The notes under the pieces are model-generated. The model did no database searches, was not told where the DNA came from, and worked only from the letters and a program-made list of their open reading frames with translations. This document shows positions 38,534 to 50,746 of a DNA stretch of 64,000 nucleotides, piece by piece. The stretch covers positions 415,214,001 through 415,278,000 of the forward strand of contig OZ024740.1 in the NCBI GenBank assembly GCA_964016885.1, written 5' to 3'. A program made the translations under genes and the position numbers. This DNA is from Eledone cirrhosa (lineage: Eukaryota). Position 1 is the stretch's first letter; each line of letters opens with the position of its first letter.

Positions 38534-39300
38534 TCAAGACTTTGTGATGATGTGGTTTACAGTAACAAAGATTATACAAAAAGCTGACCAGATCATTACA
38601 AACCACACCCAAAGTTTACTTTTAAACATTGATTTCTTGTTTTTTGGCAATGGGTTATCAAGTAAAAATTCTTCTTTTCTCGCAAAATATACTAACATGG
38701 CTGGAACGACATATTGGATTCCACTGCCAGCATAAGAACCTGTAATTCCAACAAGGAATTCTACTTCATCTGTGATTATAGCAATAATCAAAGGAGGTAT
38801 AATAGCAAGCAATGGAAAGAATATTTTATCTGTAAACCAAGAGTATGGATGCTCAGGGTTATAAAATAATGTTTTTAAGTTGTTTCGAAGTGTAACTGCT
38901 ATAATTGGGAAATTTGAACTGAGTGTAAACACTGGAAAAAGAAGAAGAAAATATTGGAGGAATTTACTGGTTGTTATTAACTGTTGGGAATCTGAGTTTG
39001 AATCTGGGAAGAAATTTAGTGTATAGACGTCATTAATGTTGTTAAATGCAAAAATAGCAGTAAATGATAGCAGAGCATAGAAAAGTAAAATTAAGAAATA
39101 GTCTGCTCCAAGAAGATTGAAAATCTGGCTTTTGTTCTTAATTGGTGTCACTAGTGATGGGAGGGAATGATGACACATGAATGAATACACACAGACTCCA
39201 AACAGATTGGGGATTCCAGAAAACTCAACAATTGGTGGATGACCTTTTCCTTCACCGTGGCTTAATCGTATCACAGTAAGTGCAACCATAATTAAAAATG
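38534..39300 (-). CDS. TMEM104: TMEM104 (SLC38-like amino acid transporter family), last exon
   Basis: NLFGVCVYSFMCHHSLPSLVTP, FPVFTLSSNFPIIAVTLRNN and LVGITGSYAG; acceptor tttcag. Confidence 0.95.
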
Positions 39301-41247
39301 CTGAAATAAAATAGAAAACAAATAATTAAGAACACATTGAAAGGTAAAATATATTTTTTACATTTAACCCTTTACCATTTATATTACTCTATATTTACTA
39401 TTGTATTTTCATGGTAAAGGCTTTATCTCACATAATATTTAATCTATGAGATTTTGATATTATTTATTTTGAGAACAATACCTTAACATCAATATGTGTG
39501 GCCAGTTATGGCTCTTTTGAGCAGAAGGAGGTGAGAGAATTGTAGCCGGATATGGCTGGTTTAAATGCTAAAGTGTTAAACAGACTAAATGGAATACTTC
39601 TATGTTAGTGTAATGGAGTAAAAAAATATTAGTTTCTAAAATAACAAAACAGAATATATTCATTGTCATAACTTTACAATTGGCCAGAAACTGAGGACAA
39701 GACAACCTCTCTAGTGTTAGTACCATGATAAATACACACAGAATACTCTGTAAAATGGTTGGTGAAAGGTAGACCATCCAGCTATGCCAAAAATTGAGCT
39801 TATGAGTCACAGTCCTTAACTTGTCTAGGAGGGTGGTAACTCTTAATAAGAATGAACTCAGTCTACAACAAGGTGGGAACATGTGGCCTAGTGGTGTGTT
39901 GGACATACAATCATAATGTCACAGGTTTAATTCCTAGACTGGGTTGTGTGTTGTGTTCTTGAGCAAAACACTTCATTTCATATTGCTCCAGGTTATTCAG
40001 TTGAAAAGGAGTACCAGTAATAGCTGGAGGTTTAACCCTGTGATGGATTGCATCCTGTCCAGGGGGGAAACTTGTACTCTCAGTTGCTTCATGCCATGGA
40101 AACCAGGATAATCACTGGCCTGATGAGCTTGAGACAGACTTTAGACTTAGACAGTCTACAATAACCTGTCTAAAGAATCGAACTCATGACATTACAATCA
40201 TAAGTCCAACACCTTAACCACTAGGCCACACACCTTCATTGTCACCCACTATAATTTACACTAAATATTTTTCCCAATCATTTTTTCCCTGAGATGTGAA
40301 CTTATTGATTTCTCTCTATCCAAACATCAACTTACAGATGTTTAAACTCAACACTAACTACATTGAACTCCACAGTCTTCAACCAACAAGGGAGAAACAA
40401 CAGCCAAATCTTCCTCAAAAACGTTCCTACTGCCTGAGAAAAAAGATATATTTGATAATGGGATCTTGTTTTGTTGACCACAACGGGATTTGAACTCAGA
40501 ATGTAAAGAGGTGGAACAAAAACCACAAGGCATTTGTCCAATGCTCTAACAACTCTGCCAATCCACCATCTTTCTCTGACTAAATAACAGTTTCTGATTT
40601 AGGCATAACGCCAATAATTTGGGGATAGGAGAAAGTCAATTAAATCAACCCCAATATATTACTGGTACTTTATTTTATCAACCCTGTAATGATGAAAGGC
40701 AAAGCTAAGCTCAGTGAGATTTGAACTTAGAATGTAAGGGGACATAACTATATGCTGCAAAGCATGGTGTCTGATACCCTACTGATACTGCCAATCCACT
40801 GCCAATACCCTTAACTGAATAATAGTTTTTGATTTAGGCATAAAGCCAACAATTTGACCCCATTATTGACAGTGGATTGGCAGTATTGGTAGAGGGTCTG
40901 GCACCATGCTGTGCAGCAAAGAGTTACGGCCCTTTATGGTCTGAGTCCAAATCCCGCCGAGGTTAACTTTGCCTTTCATCCTTACGGGGTCGATAAAATA
41001 AAGTACCAGTAATGCACTGGGTTAATTGCTGGCCTTGTGCCAAAAGTAGAAACAATTATTGACTCTGAAATGATGAAAGGTAAAGTTAACCTCACCAAGA
41101 ACTCAGAGTGTGAAGACTAGGAACAAAACATTGGTCCAATGCCCTAACAATTCTGCCAATCCCCTGCCCTTCTCCGACTAAATAATATATCAAAAAAATG
41201 TATCCACCAATCAACTGATGTAACATTTCATCACTGACAGATCCAAA

Positions 41248-41568
41248 ACAGATGACCTTGAGGTCACTTACTTCTCAAGGAATATTACAACTGACTATAA
41301 TACAGATGACCTTGAGGTCACTTACTTTACAAGGAAGATTATAACTGACTATAATAACAGATGACCTTGGGGTCACTTACTTCTCAAGGAATATTACAAC
41401 TGACTATAATACAGATGACCTTGAGGTCACTTACTTTACAAGGAAGATTACAACTGACTATAATAACAGATGACCTTGAGGTCACTTACTTCTCAAGGAA
41501 TATTACAACTGACTATAATACAGATGACCTTGAGGTCACTTACTTTACAAGGAATATTACAACTGACT
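41248..41568. repeat. Minisatellite, 6 x 54/55 bp (3 x 109-bp higher-order unit)
   Basis: Unit starts acagatgaccttgaggtcacttac at 41248, 41302, 41357, 41411, 41466 and 41520. Confidence 0.95.
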
Positions 41569-41593
41569 AAAATTTGACATAAAAGAAACTTAC

Positions 41594-41687
41594 CTGCCCA
41601 TCGAAAGACCGAAGTAAAAATTTGAAGCCATCCAGTTTTTTGGACATTGAAAAAGGTAAATGGACCCAAAACTAAAGCAAATATAAC
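41594..41687 (-). CDS. TMEM104: TMEM104 coding exon
   Basis: VIFALVLGPFTFFNVQKTGWLQIFTSVFRWA; canonical splice sites. Confidence 0.95.
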
Positions 41688-43513
41688 CTGAAATAAACAA
41701 GAATTGCAAATTTAAGATACAACAGAGAGTCGGCAGAATAGTTCATAGGCTGACTATGAAGGAGTGATGCTAGAGCTGTGAAATCTTACATACATTAATT
41801 TTTAAACTCTTCTTATTAATAACTACATTGTTTCTTTCCGGGGACTATATTGAAAAATAAACCTCATTTGGTCATTCCATGAGAGTATCTTGGTCAGCCT
41901 ATAAACTTTTCATTCCATATTTGGAATGGTTTCTATAGTTGGATACCCTTCCTAGCATCAACCACTTTACAGAGTGTGCTGGGTGCAGCGAGGTGAGCTC
42001 CTACTGGCCTACCAAATGGCCCAAATAGATTTTGATTATCACCTCTGCCAACCTAACTCCCTCTCATGCATTTCCCGTTGCAGAACTGGGCCCACCAAAT
42101 TTGGTTGGGTGTGAAAACGAGAGCTTGGCGCTATCACTGATGCAGTGCTTGGATTTCACTATCCTAAAGTACATATACTTGTGGCTGGGCACTGTTTGTA
42201 AAACCAATCACCTGACGTAACTCCATTAAAATGAACTTACACCATCAATTCCTTTGATGGAGCCGGCTCAACCCACCCAGGTGAGAGCCACCACAAGTAC
42301 AAGTAAGTATTTATAATAATAATAATAATTGTTTCTACTTTTGACACAAGGCCATCAATTATATCAACCCCAGTGTGTTACTGGTGCTTTATTTTATCGA
42401 CCATGTAAGGATGAAAGGCAAAGTTAATCTTGGCGGGATTTAAACTCAGATCATAAAGGTCCGTAACTCTATGCTGCAAAGCATGGCATCCGACCCTCTA
42501 CTAATACTGCTAATAATAATGAAAATTATTGTGTACAGTACTCAGGCGCACTACAATTCATCAAAGGTGCATGTATAGTACATAAAATAATTGTTTCTAC
42601 TTTTGGCACAAGGCCAGCAATTACCCCAGTGCATTACTAGTACTTTATTTTATCGACCTCATAAGCATGAAAGACAAAGTTAACCTCGGTGGGATTTGAA
42701 CTCAGAATGTAAAGGGCCGTAACTTTATGCTACAAAGCGTCTGACGCTCTACCGATACTGCCAATCCACCACCATTATAGTGTAGTATATAGAATAATTG
42801 TTTCTACTTTTGGCACAAGGCCAGCAATTATCCCAGTGCATTACTGGTACTTTATTTTATTAATAGTACATAGAATAATGTACAAACGTCAGGAAAGTGA
42901 ACAGTGTATGAGTCATGATGTACAGAGATGGAGGGAAATATCAGGTGTGTTGGAACCATTTTGGATATTTCACACTTACATGTCTTTTCTCTTGTAAATA
43001 TAAGACTTTGTACTAAAATATGAAATAAATATAAATGATGAAATGTTATGTCAGTTTAACCCTTTAGCATTTACATTACTCTATATATACTATTGTATTT
43101 TTGTGGTAAAGGCTTTATCTCACATAATTATCTCACATATTATCGAATCTAGGGCAGTGGTTTGGCAGTATCAGTAGAGCGTCAGACACCATGCTTTGCA
43201 GCATAGTTATGGCCCTTTGCGTTCTGAGTTCAAATCCACCAAGGTTTCATCCTTACGGGGTTGATAAAATAAAGTACCAGTGATGCACTGGGGTAATCGC
43301 TGGCCTTGTGCCAAAAGTGGAAACTATATTATTGAATCTATGAAATGTTGTTGTTATTTATTTTGAGAACAATACCTTAACATCAATATGAGTGACCAGT
43401 TACGGCCAGTTTGAACAGAAAGAGGTTAGAGAATTCTGGCCAGATATGGCCGGTTTAAATGCTAAAGGGTTAAAAGTTTACATTGGAAAAGAGTGAGAAA
43501 TAAAGTTACGTAC

Positions 43514-43613
43514 AATAAAAATGCGATAAGCATTCATCCGAGAAATATCTGATCCTGGCCAGCAGATATCATCATCACTCACAGTTACATTAATGCCAGT
43601 TAAGTTCATGGTG
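43514..43613 (-). CDS. TMEM104: TMEM104 coding exon
   Basis: DDDICWPGSDISRMNAYRIFI; phases consistent. Confidence 0.9.
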
Positions 43614-45249
43614 CTGAAATAACAGTTAGATAAATATTATGATGGTTTCTGATTTAGGTACAAGGCCGACAATTTTGGGGGAGGAGAAAGTTGATTAAAT
43701 TGACCCCAGTGCATTACTGGTACTTTATTTTATTGACCCCGTAAGGATGAAAGGCAAAGTTAACCTCGGCGGGATTTGAACTCAGAATGGCAAGGGGCGT
43801 AACTCAATGCGTCAAAGCATGGTGTCCGACCCTCTACCGATACTGCCAATCAAGATAATAATAATGAAAAAACCTTTCTTGAATTTTAATGTACACGCAT
43901 ACACACACATGCGTGCGTACAAATACACATACACACACACATATACAAACACACATATATACACACACACACTCACATACAAATACACACACACACACAA
44001 ACGCATACATACACACATACACATCCACATACGTGCATACACACACACTCACACAAACACAAACACACATACACAAAACTTTGCAACCACATGCTTTCAG
44101 GTTTGATCCCACAGCATGGCACTTTAGTCAAGTGACTTTTACCATAACCTTAGATTGACCAACACATTTTGTAAATAAAAATGGTTTGCAGAATTTATGT
44201 CCAACCAAACTATCTTCATAGAGCCATGTGGCCTAGTGGTAAGGGTGTTGGACTTACAGTCATAAGAGGAGGTGTGTGTCCTAGTGGTAAGGGTGTTGGA
44301 CTTACAATCATAACATTGTGGGTTTGATTCCTGGGCTGGGTTGTGTGTTGTGTTCTTGAGCACAACACTTCATTTCATGTTGCTCCAGTATACTCAGCTG
44401 AAAACGAGTAGCAGCAATAGCTGGGGATTTAACCTTGCGATGGACTGACATCCTGTCCTGGGGGAGTCCTATACTCTTCTTAGATGCTTAACACCATGGA
44501 AACTCGGATAAGCACCAGCCTGATTAGCTTTCAGGAATAAAACTAAACACTTCATACACTTTTACCTGATGCTATTATTATTACACTACAGTTGATGTCA
44601 CAGAGTTGCCATCTTAAGACCTGTTACATTCTTAGTTTAAATCTCGCTGAGGCTAGTTTTGCCTTTCATCCTTACAGAGTCGATAAAATTAAGTACCAGT
44701 AACGCACTGGGGTTGATATAATCGACCTTCCCCTCCCTTAAAAAAAAAAATTGCGCCTCAATCAGAAATCATTATTATTACACAAGGCAGATCGGCAGTA
44801 TCAGTAGAATATTGGACAACATACTTTGTAGCATAGAGTTATGACCCTTTACATTCTGAGTAATGCACTGGGGTTGATTTAATTGGCTTTCCCCTCCCCC
44901 AAAATTGTTGGCCTTCTGTCTAAATCAGAAACCATTATTTTATAGCTTCAGACTAATTTCAAACTGAAAGACCCAACCCTATCAGTAGAACCTGTATCAT
45001 TGACAAAACTAAGACTAGATAGGAACAATGACTTCACAGAAATGGTAAAAGTTGTAGTTTATTAAAATATTTAGTTTTAACAATCTACATTGCCACCACG
45101 TTTGATTTTACCTCATAAATTCCTCTCCTCCAGTTTAGTTAATACTTCCGTGACTGTATATCTAAACAGCAGACAGTTTGTGTTTCAATTATTTTCAATA
45201 TAATTAAGATATTTTAGGGGTTTAGTTAAATATTTGTAAATTTAAGGAT

Positions 45250-45313
<64 letters not shown>

Positions 45314-45316
<3 letters not shown>

Positions 45317-48300
45317 AACGAGTAGGACCCCGACGGCTGAGCTCAAGCCGTTTCGACGGCTAATTCTGGACTGAATTAGCTATGGTCCATCTTGTTCCTT
45401 ACCACATTTCCTTCGTTATATATATATATATAAACACGCAGCTATAGGGAAAAACTTGATTCACTAATTACAGACCGACAAAAACAAGAACAAACCTTTT
45501 CTCCTGAAATAGCTACACATGAACAGAACTCCATCACCAAAAATGCATTCAAAGAATGGAATGAACTGAATCTAGAAAAAGAAGCCTACAGAAAAAGAAA
45601 CCAAATGAAAAACATTTGGAACCAACTATTAAATCAAAGGAAACAGGCATACTGGAAAGCCTTGAGGAGTGAAAACCTAGCAGACACATACGAAATACGG
45701 CGTAGCAAGGAACCAGTTATCCTCCTGAGAAAATTCCGAATTAAAGAAATACCATCGGAATCAAAGGAAGAAACTGCAACAAGACTAAATCTAGCACTCC
45801 AAACACTTGAGACCGAAATCACCCTACTCCGCCTAAGAGTGCCAAAATTCAAAGAGAAATTTGAAAAATGCGACACCACCATCCAAGAGGAAATAAACAA
45901 AAGAAGCAGCGGCAATGTACGTGAAAAACTCCTTAACCTATAGCAGACAGATATAACTAGAGAGGAGTTAAAATCAAAGAAAATCTTGGAGTCAAGAACT
46001 CAATGGCTTCAAGAATATGAAGATAACTATGGGAAAGACCAAATAAAACCCAGAAAACAAACCCATAGGAAACCCCAGAACTCAGGAAAATACAACAACA
46101 CAAGAAATGAAGCACCCACACACAATAAACCAACAACAACCAGATATTGGGTAATCCCAAACACACAACTACATACAGACCCAATACTCAACACCAGAAC
46201 CAGATACAACCACTGCCATAACACCAAGAACAATTACCGGAGACAAAATCAAAGACACATGAATACTGAACGAAACAACAGAAGAACCAGACCCCCATAC
46301 AGCAACGACCACGCAAGAGTCTATCGCCCAACCAGTTACCGGCATGAAGTTCCGGCGGGCCAAAGGTTTCACCACAACAGAAACACCCCTATCCCAAATG
46401 GCACCCATTTTTTAGGACTAGGGGCCTCGCACCAAATGAAAGAAAAAAAGAAAAAAGCACCACCTTTCAAGTGGCACCTGACGAGAAAGAATCAATCGAA
46501 CCAAAAATAATCAATATATCAGCCAAGAAATTAACACAACCAAAAATACAAATGTTAGAAAATGGACTGAAGTTCACTCCCACTCCAAAAGCAGATACAG
46601 CCGATGTTATAAAAGACACAGAAGAATACTGTCGAAAATTACGCTTAGGAGAATTCTTCCAGGGTGTACAATACGAGGAAGAATCACTGGTGAAAAACAA
46701 AAAGAACTTCACACCCCCGCTAAATAGAGATAAATACCTGGAGGAATACATAACCTGCCTTCGCCGATCAGCACGTACAAATACGGCCGAGACGAAACAC
46801 AAACGCAACATCCCTACAGACCAACTACTAGCATTGAACAAGCTACAAAGGGATTCCTCAATAATAATAAAAGAAGCGGACAAAGGTGGAGCAATCGTCA
46901 TCATGGACACAAACCACTACAAAGATATGGTTCTAGCACACTTGAATGACGAAAACTTCTACAGGAAAATCACTAAAAACGAAGAAAGGAAATCGAGGAA
47001 CCAAATAGGCAAACTAACAACAAAGTACCAAAACAACCTAACACCAAAAGAAGTAGATTACCTAACCAACTTCGAAATGAAAACCAGCAATTTCTATGGA
47101 TTACCAAAAATTCACAAATCCATAGAAATCCAAAACAACATAAAAGGGAAAAATACATCATATATCGAAGCACCAAAACCGACAGACTTAAAATTACGCC
47201 CCATTATTGCTGGCCCAGCCTCAAGCACACAACGTCTTAGTAACCTATTAGACATCATACTCAAACCCCTATGTAAAAAAGTTCCAAGCTACATCAGAGA
47301 TGATATGGAATTCCTTAACTATATCCCCCAAAAAGTACACCAGGATACAATCCTAGTCGGTTTTGATGTAATAAGCCTGTACACTAACATCCCACACGAC
47401 CTAGGGATTGAAGCTGTGGACTTCTGGATTACAAAACACTCAAGTCACATTTCAGAAAGATTCCCCAAAGAATTCATCTTGGAAGGACTTAAATTAATAT
47501 TGGAAAACAACCACTTCCTCTTTGACAACGAACTTTATCTACAAATAAAAGGAACAGCCATGGGTACCAAAGTGGCCCCTACATATGCAACGCTCGTTAT
47601 GGGTCACTTAGAGGCAAAATTATATTCCCAACTACAGATAACATTCAGTCACGACTTCGCCTTCTACATTAATAAAAACTGGAAACGTTACCTAGATGAC
47701 TGCTTCATCTTCTGGAACAGAAGCCAAACAGACCTACAAAATTTTTATTCGATCTTAAACAGGCTTCATGAAGCTACACAATTCACTATGGAATGTAACG
47801 AAAAGGAACTGCCCTTTCTAGATATCCTCATCATTAAAGAAGGGGAAAATATCATAACGGACCTATTTTGCAAACCCACTGACACACACCAATACTTAAA
47901 TTTCCGGTCAGCACACCCCTCACATACGAAAAGGAACATTCCCTTCAACATGGGAAGGCGCATCTGCACTATAGCAACACACCCCGTACGACAAGAAAAA
48001 AGATTATGTGACCTGAAAAAATTCCTTAAAAAACAAGAATACCCGATGAAACTCATCAACGCAGCCATCTCCAAGGCTAAGAACATCCCAATAACAACAC
48101 TGAGAAAACCAAACCCACAACATAAAAAAGAAAACCCTGCTATCTCTTTTGTCATCACTCACAACCCAGGGAACATCAACATTGTGAAAACTGCTAAGCA
48201 GTATCTCCCGATTCTACAGTAATCTACCAAAATGAATGCACTCTTAAAAAACACACAGATAATTGATAGCAGACGCCAAGCACCCAACCTTAAAAAACTA

Positions 48301-48780
48301 ATTACCAAGGCAAAATTTACGACCAAGATGGAATCAATGCAAGTGACGAAATGTGGGGACCCTAGATGTGGAACCTGTGAACTCATCGAAGAGGGCAAAC
48401 AGTTGTCCTTCAAAAACCATGATAATTTCAAGGTCAATGCAAACATGAACTGCAAAACGAAAAACCTAATATATTGCGCAACATGTCCACAGTGTAAAGA
48501 GTATTACATTGGGGAAACCGGAACGGGATTACATGATAGAGTCCGGGTACATAAACAACAAATTAAAGACCCCCACAGTCAGAAATACCACATGTAGCGC
48601 ACACTTTGCATCATGCGGGAAGGGAAAATTCACAATTTTCCCTTTCTTCAAGATATGGTCGGATAACGAACATTTCCGCAGATATAAAGAAGAATTCTTC
48701 ATTGAAAAATTTAAACCACTACTGAACACGAAAAAGTGAATTAACACTCGGAGGTAAAATTCCATTTTACTAACGCCCCC
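45314..48780 (+). mobile_element. Penelope-like element, Neptune-type, near full length
   Basis: RT ORF 46471-48222 (GLKFTP, KEADKGG, FYGLPKIHK, RPII, GTAMGT, RYLDD, FLD); linker CGDPRCGTC; GIY-YIG NLIYC..YIGET; upstream ORF; flanked by microsatellites. Confidence 0.92.
46471..48739 (+). pseudogene. Neptune RT / GIY-YIG ORF with one stop and one frameshift
   Basis: ORFs 46471-48222, 48232-48597 and 48509-48739. Confidence 0.88.
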
Positions 48781-48947
48781 CCCCCCCCCTCTTCTTATGT
48801 GTACACATGAATATCTGAGTGAACGGTGAGACACACACATATATGTGTGTAGGTATGTATGGATGTATGTACGTGTGGGTATATATGTATGTGGGTGTGT
48901 GTATGTGTGTGTGTGTATATATATGTATGGATGTGTGTATGTTTGTA

Positions 48948-48978
<31 letters not shown>

Positions 48979-49056
48979 GTGTGTGTATGTGTGTATATAT
49001 ATGTATATATATATATATGTATGTATGTGTATGTTTGTGTATATATATATATATAT

Positions 49057-50035
49057 AAGCCCAAGTCATTATACCTGATGGGATGACAGAGTTCTTTGAG
49101 ATACTGGCTGGAGTGCTCCAGGGAGATACATTGGCTCCCTACCTTTTTATCATCGTAGTGGACTATTGTATGCGCCTTGCACTGGAGAAACACCAGGACT
49201 CTGGCTTTACTGTAGCACCGGCTCAGAGCAGGAGAGTTAGGGCGAAAAAGGTATCGGATGCTGAATTTGCCGACGACATAGTTTTGGTGACAAATAGAGT
49301 GAAGGAGGCAGAGGATTTGATGCGGGAGGTTGAGACTGTGTCAATGAGTGTGGGGCTGAGAATGAATGAGACTAAAACAAAATATCTGGTACAGAATGTT
49401 GAGATGCCAGAGGGGATTACTAATTTAGGCGGGAAGCCGCTGGAATTGGTTGAGGACTTCCTGTATTTGGGAGCAAAGATTGGGAATATGGAAGATGATG
49501 TGGTTGAGAGGAAGAACAGGGCCTGGGCGGCGTGCCACAGCTTGAGATCGGTGTGGAAGTCGGACCTTCGTAGAGACCTGAAAGTCCGCCTCTTCATTGC
49601 TGTAGTGGAGTCTGTGCTGCTGTATGGGTCTGAGACTTGGACACTGACCAAGAAACTCACTCAGATGGTGGATGGGTGCTACACGAGAATGCTGAGGATG
49701 GCTCTGAACATTAATCAGTATACACTGAGGATGAAAAACTCAGAGCTGTATGGGAGCATCCCAAAAGTCAGCTCAAAAGTGACACAGAGGAGACTGAGGT
49801 TGGCTGGACATGCTCACCGACATCCAGAGTTGACATTGCACTCAGTACTCCTTTGGGAGCCCCTACATGGACACACTAGAAGAGGAAGACCAAGGTTAAC
49901 GTATGTTGATGCCCTAAGGACAAACACTGGTCTGTTGGAGACGCAGGACATGGCAGCGATAATGAGGGACAGAGACCGCTGGAGAGAACTCGTCCATGGA
50001 TCTCGGGAATTTTACCCGCCTTAGATAGATAGATA
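49057..50035 (+). mobile_element. 5'-truncated RTE-like LINE with open RT ORF and (TAGA)n tail
   Basis: GVLQGDTLAPYLF, FADD, FLYLG, LLYGSETW and RRLRLAGH; inserted in a TG/TA microsatellite. Confidence 0.88.
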
Positions 50036-50159
50036 TATGTTTATATGTGTGTGTATGTATATGTATGTATCTATATATATGTGTGTGTATGTATGTGCAT
50101 ATATGTATATATGTGTGTACATATGTGTATGTTTCTGTATGTATGTAGATGTATGTATA

Positions 50160-50202
<43 letters not shown>

Positions 50203-50337
50203 ATATGTGTCTTTATGTGCTTGTGTGTACACACATATATATATATATATGCAAAAGTTTTATTTAAAATTGTTGGGTTACAACGAGTAAATATTTTATA
50301 ACTGATATAAAAGCATTCAACAGGTTTTGGAGTATTT

Positions 50338-50709
50338 TACGATATTAAACAAATGGAAACTACATTTATAAAACCATATTTATTTCATTATATATATTTC
50401 AGGGATATCATATTAAAAATATGGTATGCCCTCTTCAGACAAAATACAATATATAAACAGTTTTATAAATAAATTTGACATACCTTAAAAAATTTTACAA
50501 CTTCCATTTAAAAAGTTGTTATGGTAGTGAAAATGTTAAGGACAGTTAGAAAGAAAGACGGAGAAAAAACGGAGAAAAAAAAAAAAAAAGAAAAAAGAAA
50601 AAGAAGGAAGAAAAAAAGAAAAAGAAAGAGCGGAAGGTGAAGAAGATGAAGAAATGTATGTAAAGAGAAAAACACCAAATGAGAGATTTATGAGGGAAGG
50701 GGGTACTGT

Positions 50710-50746
<37 letters not shown>

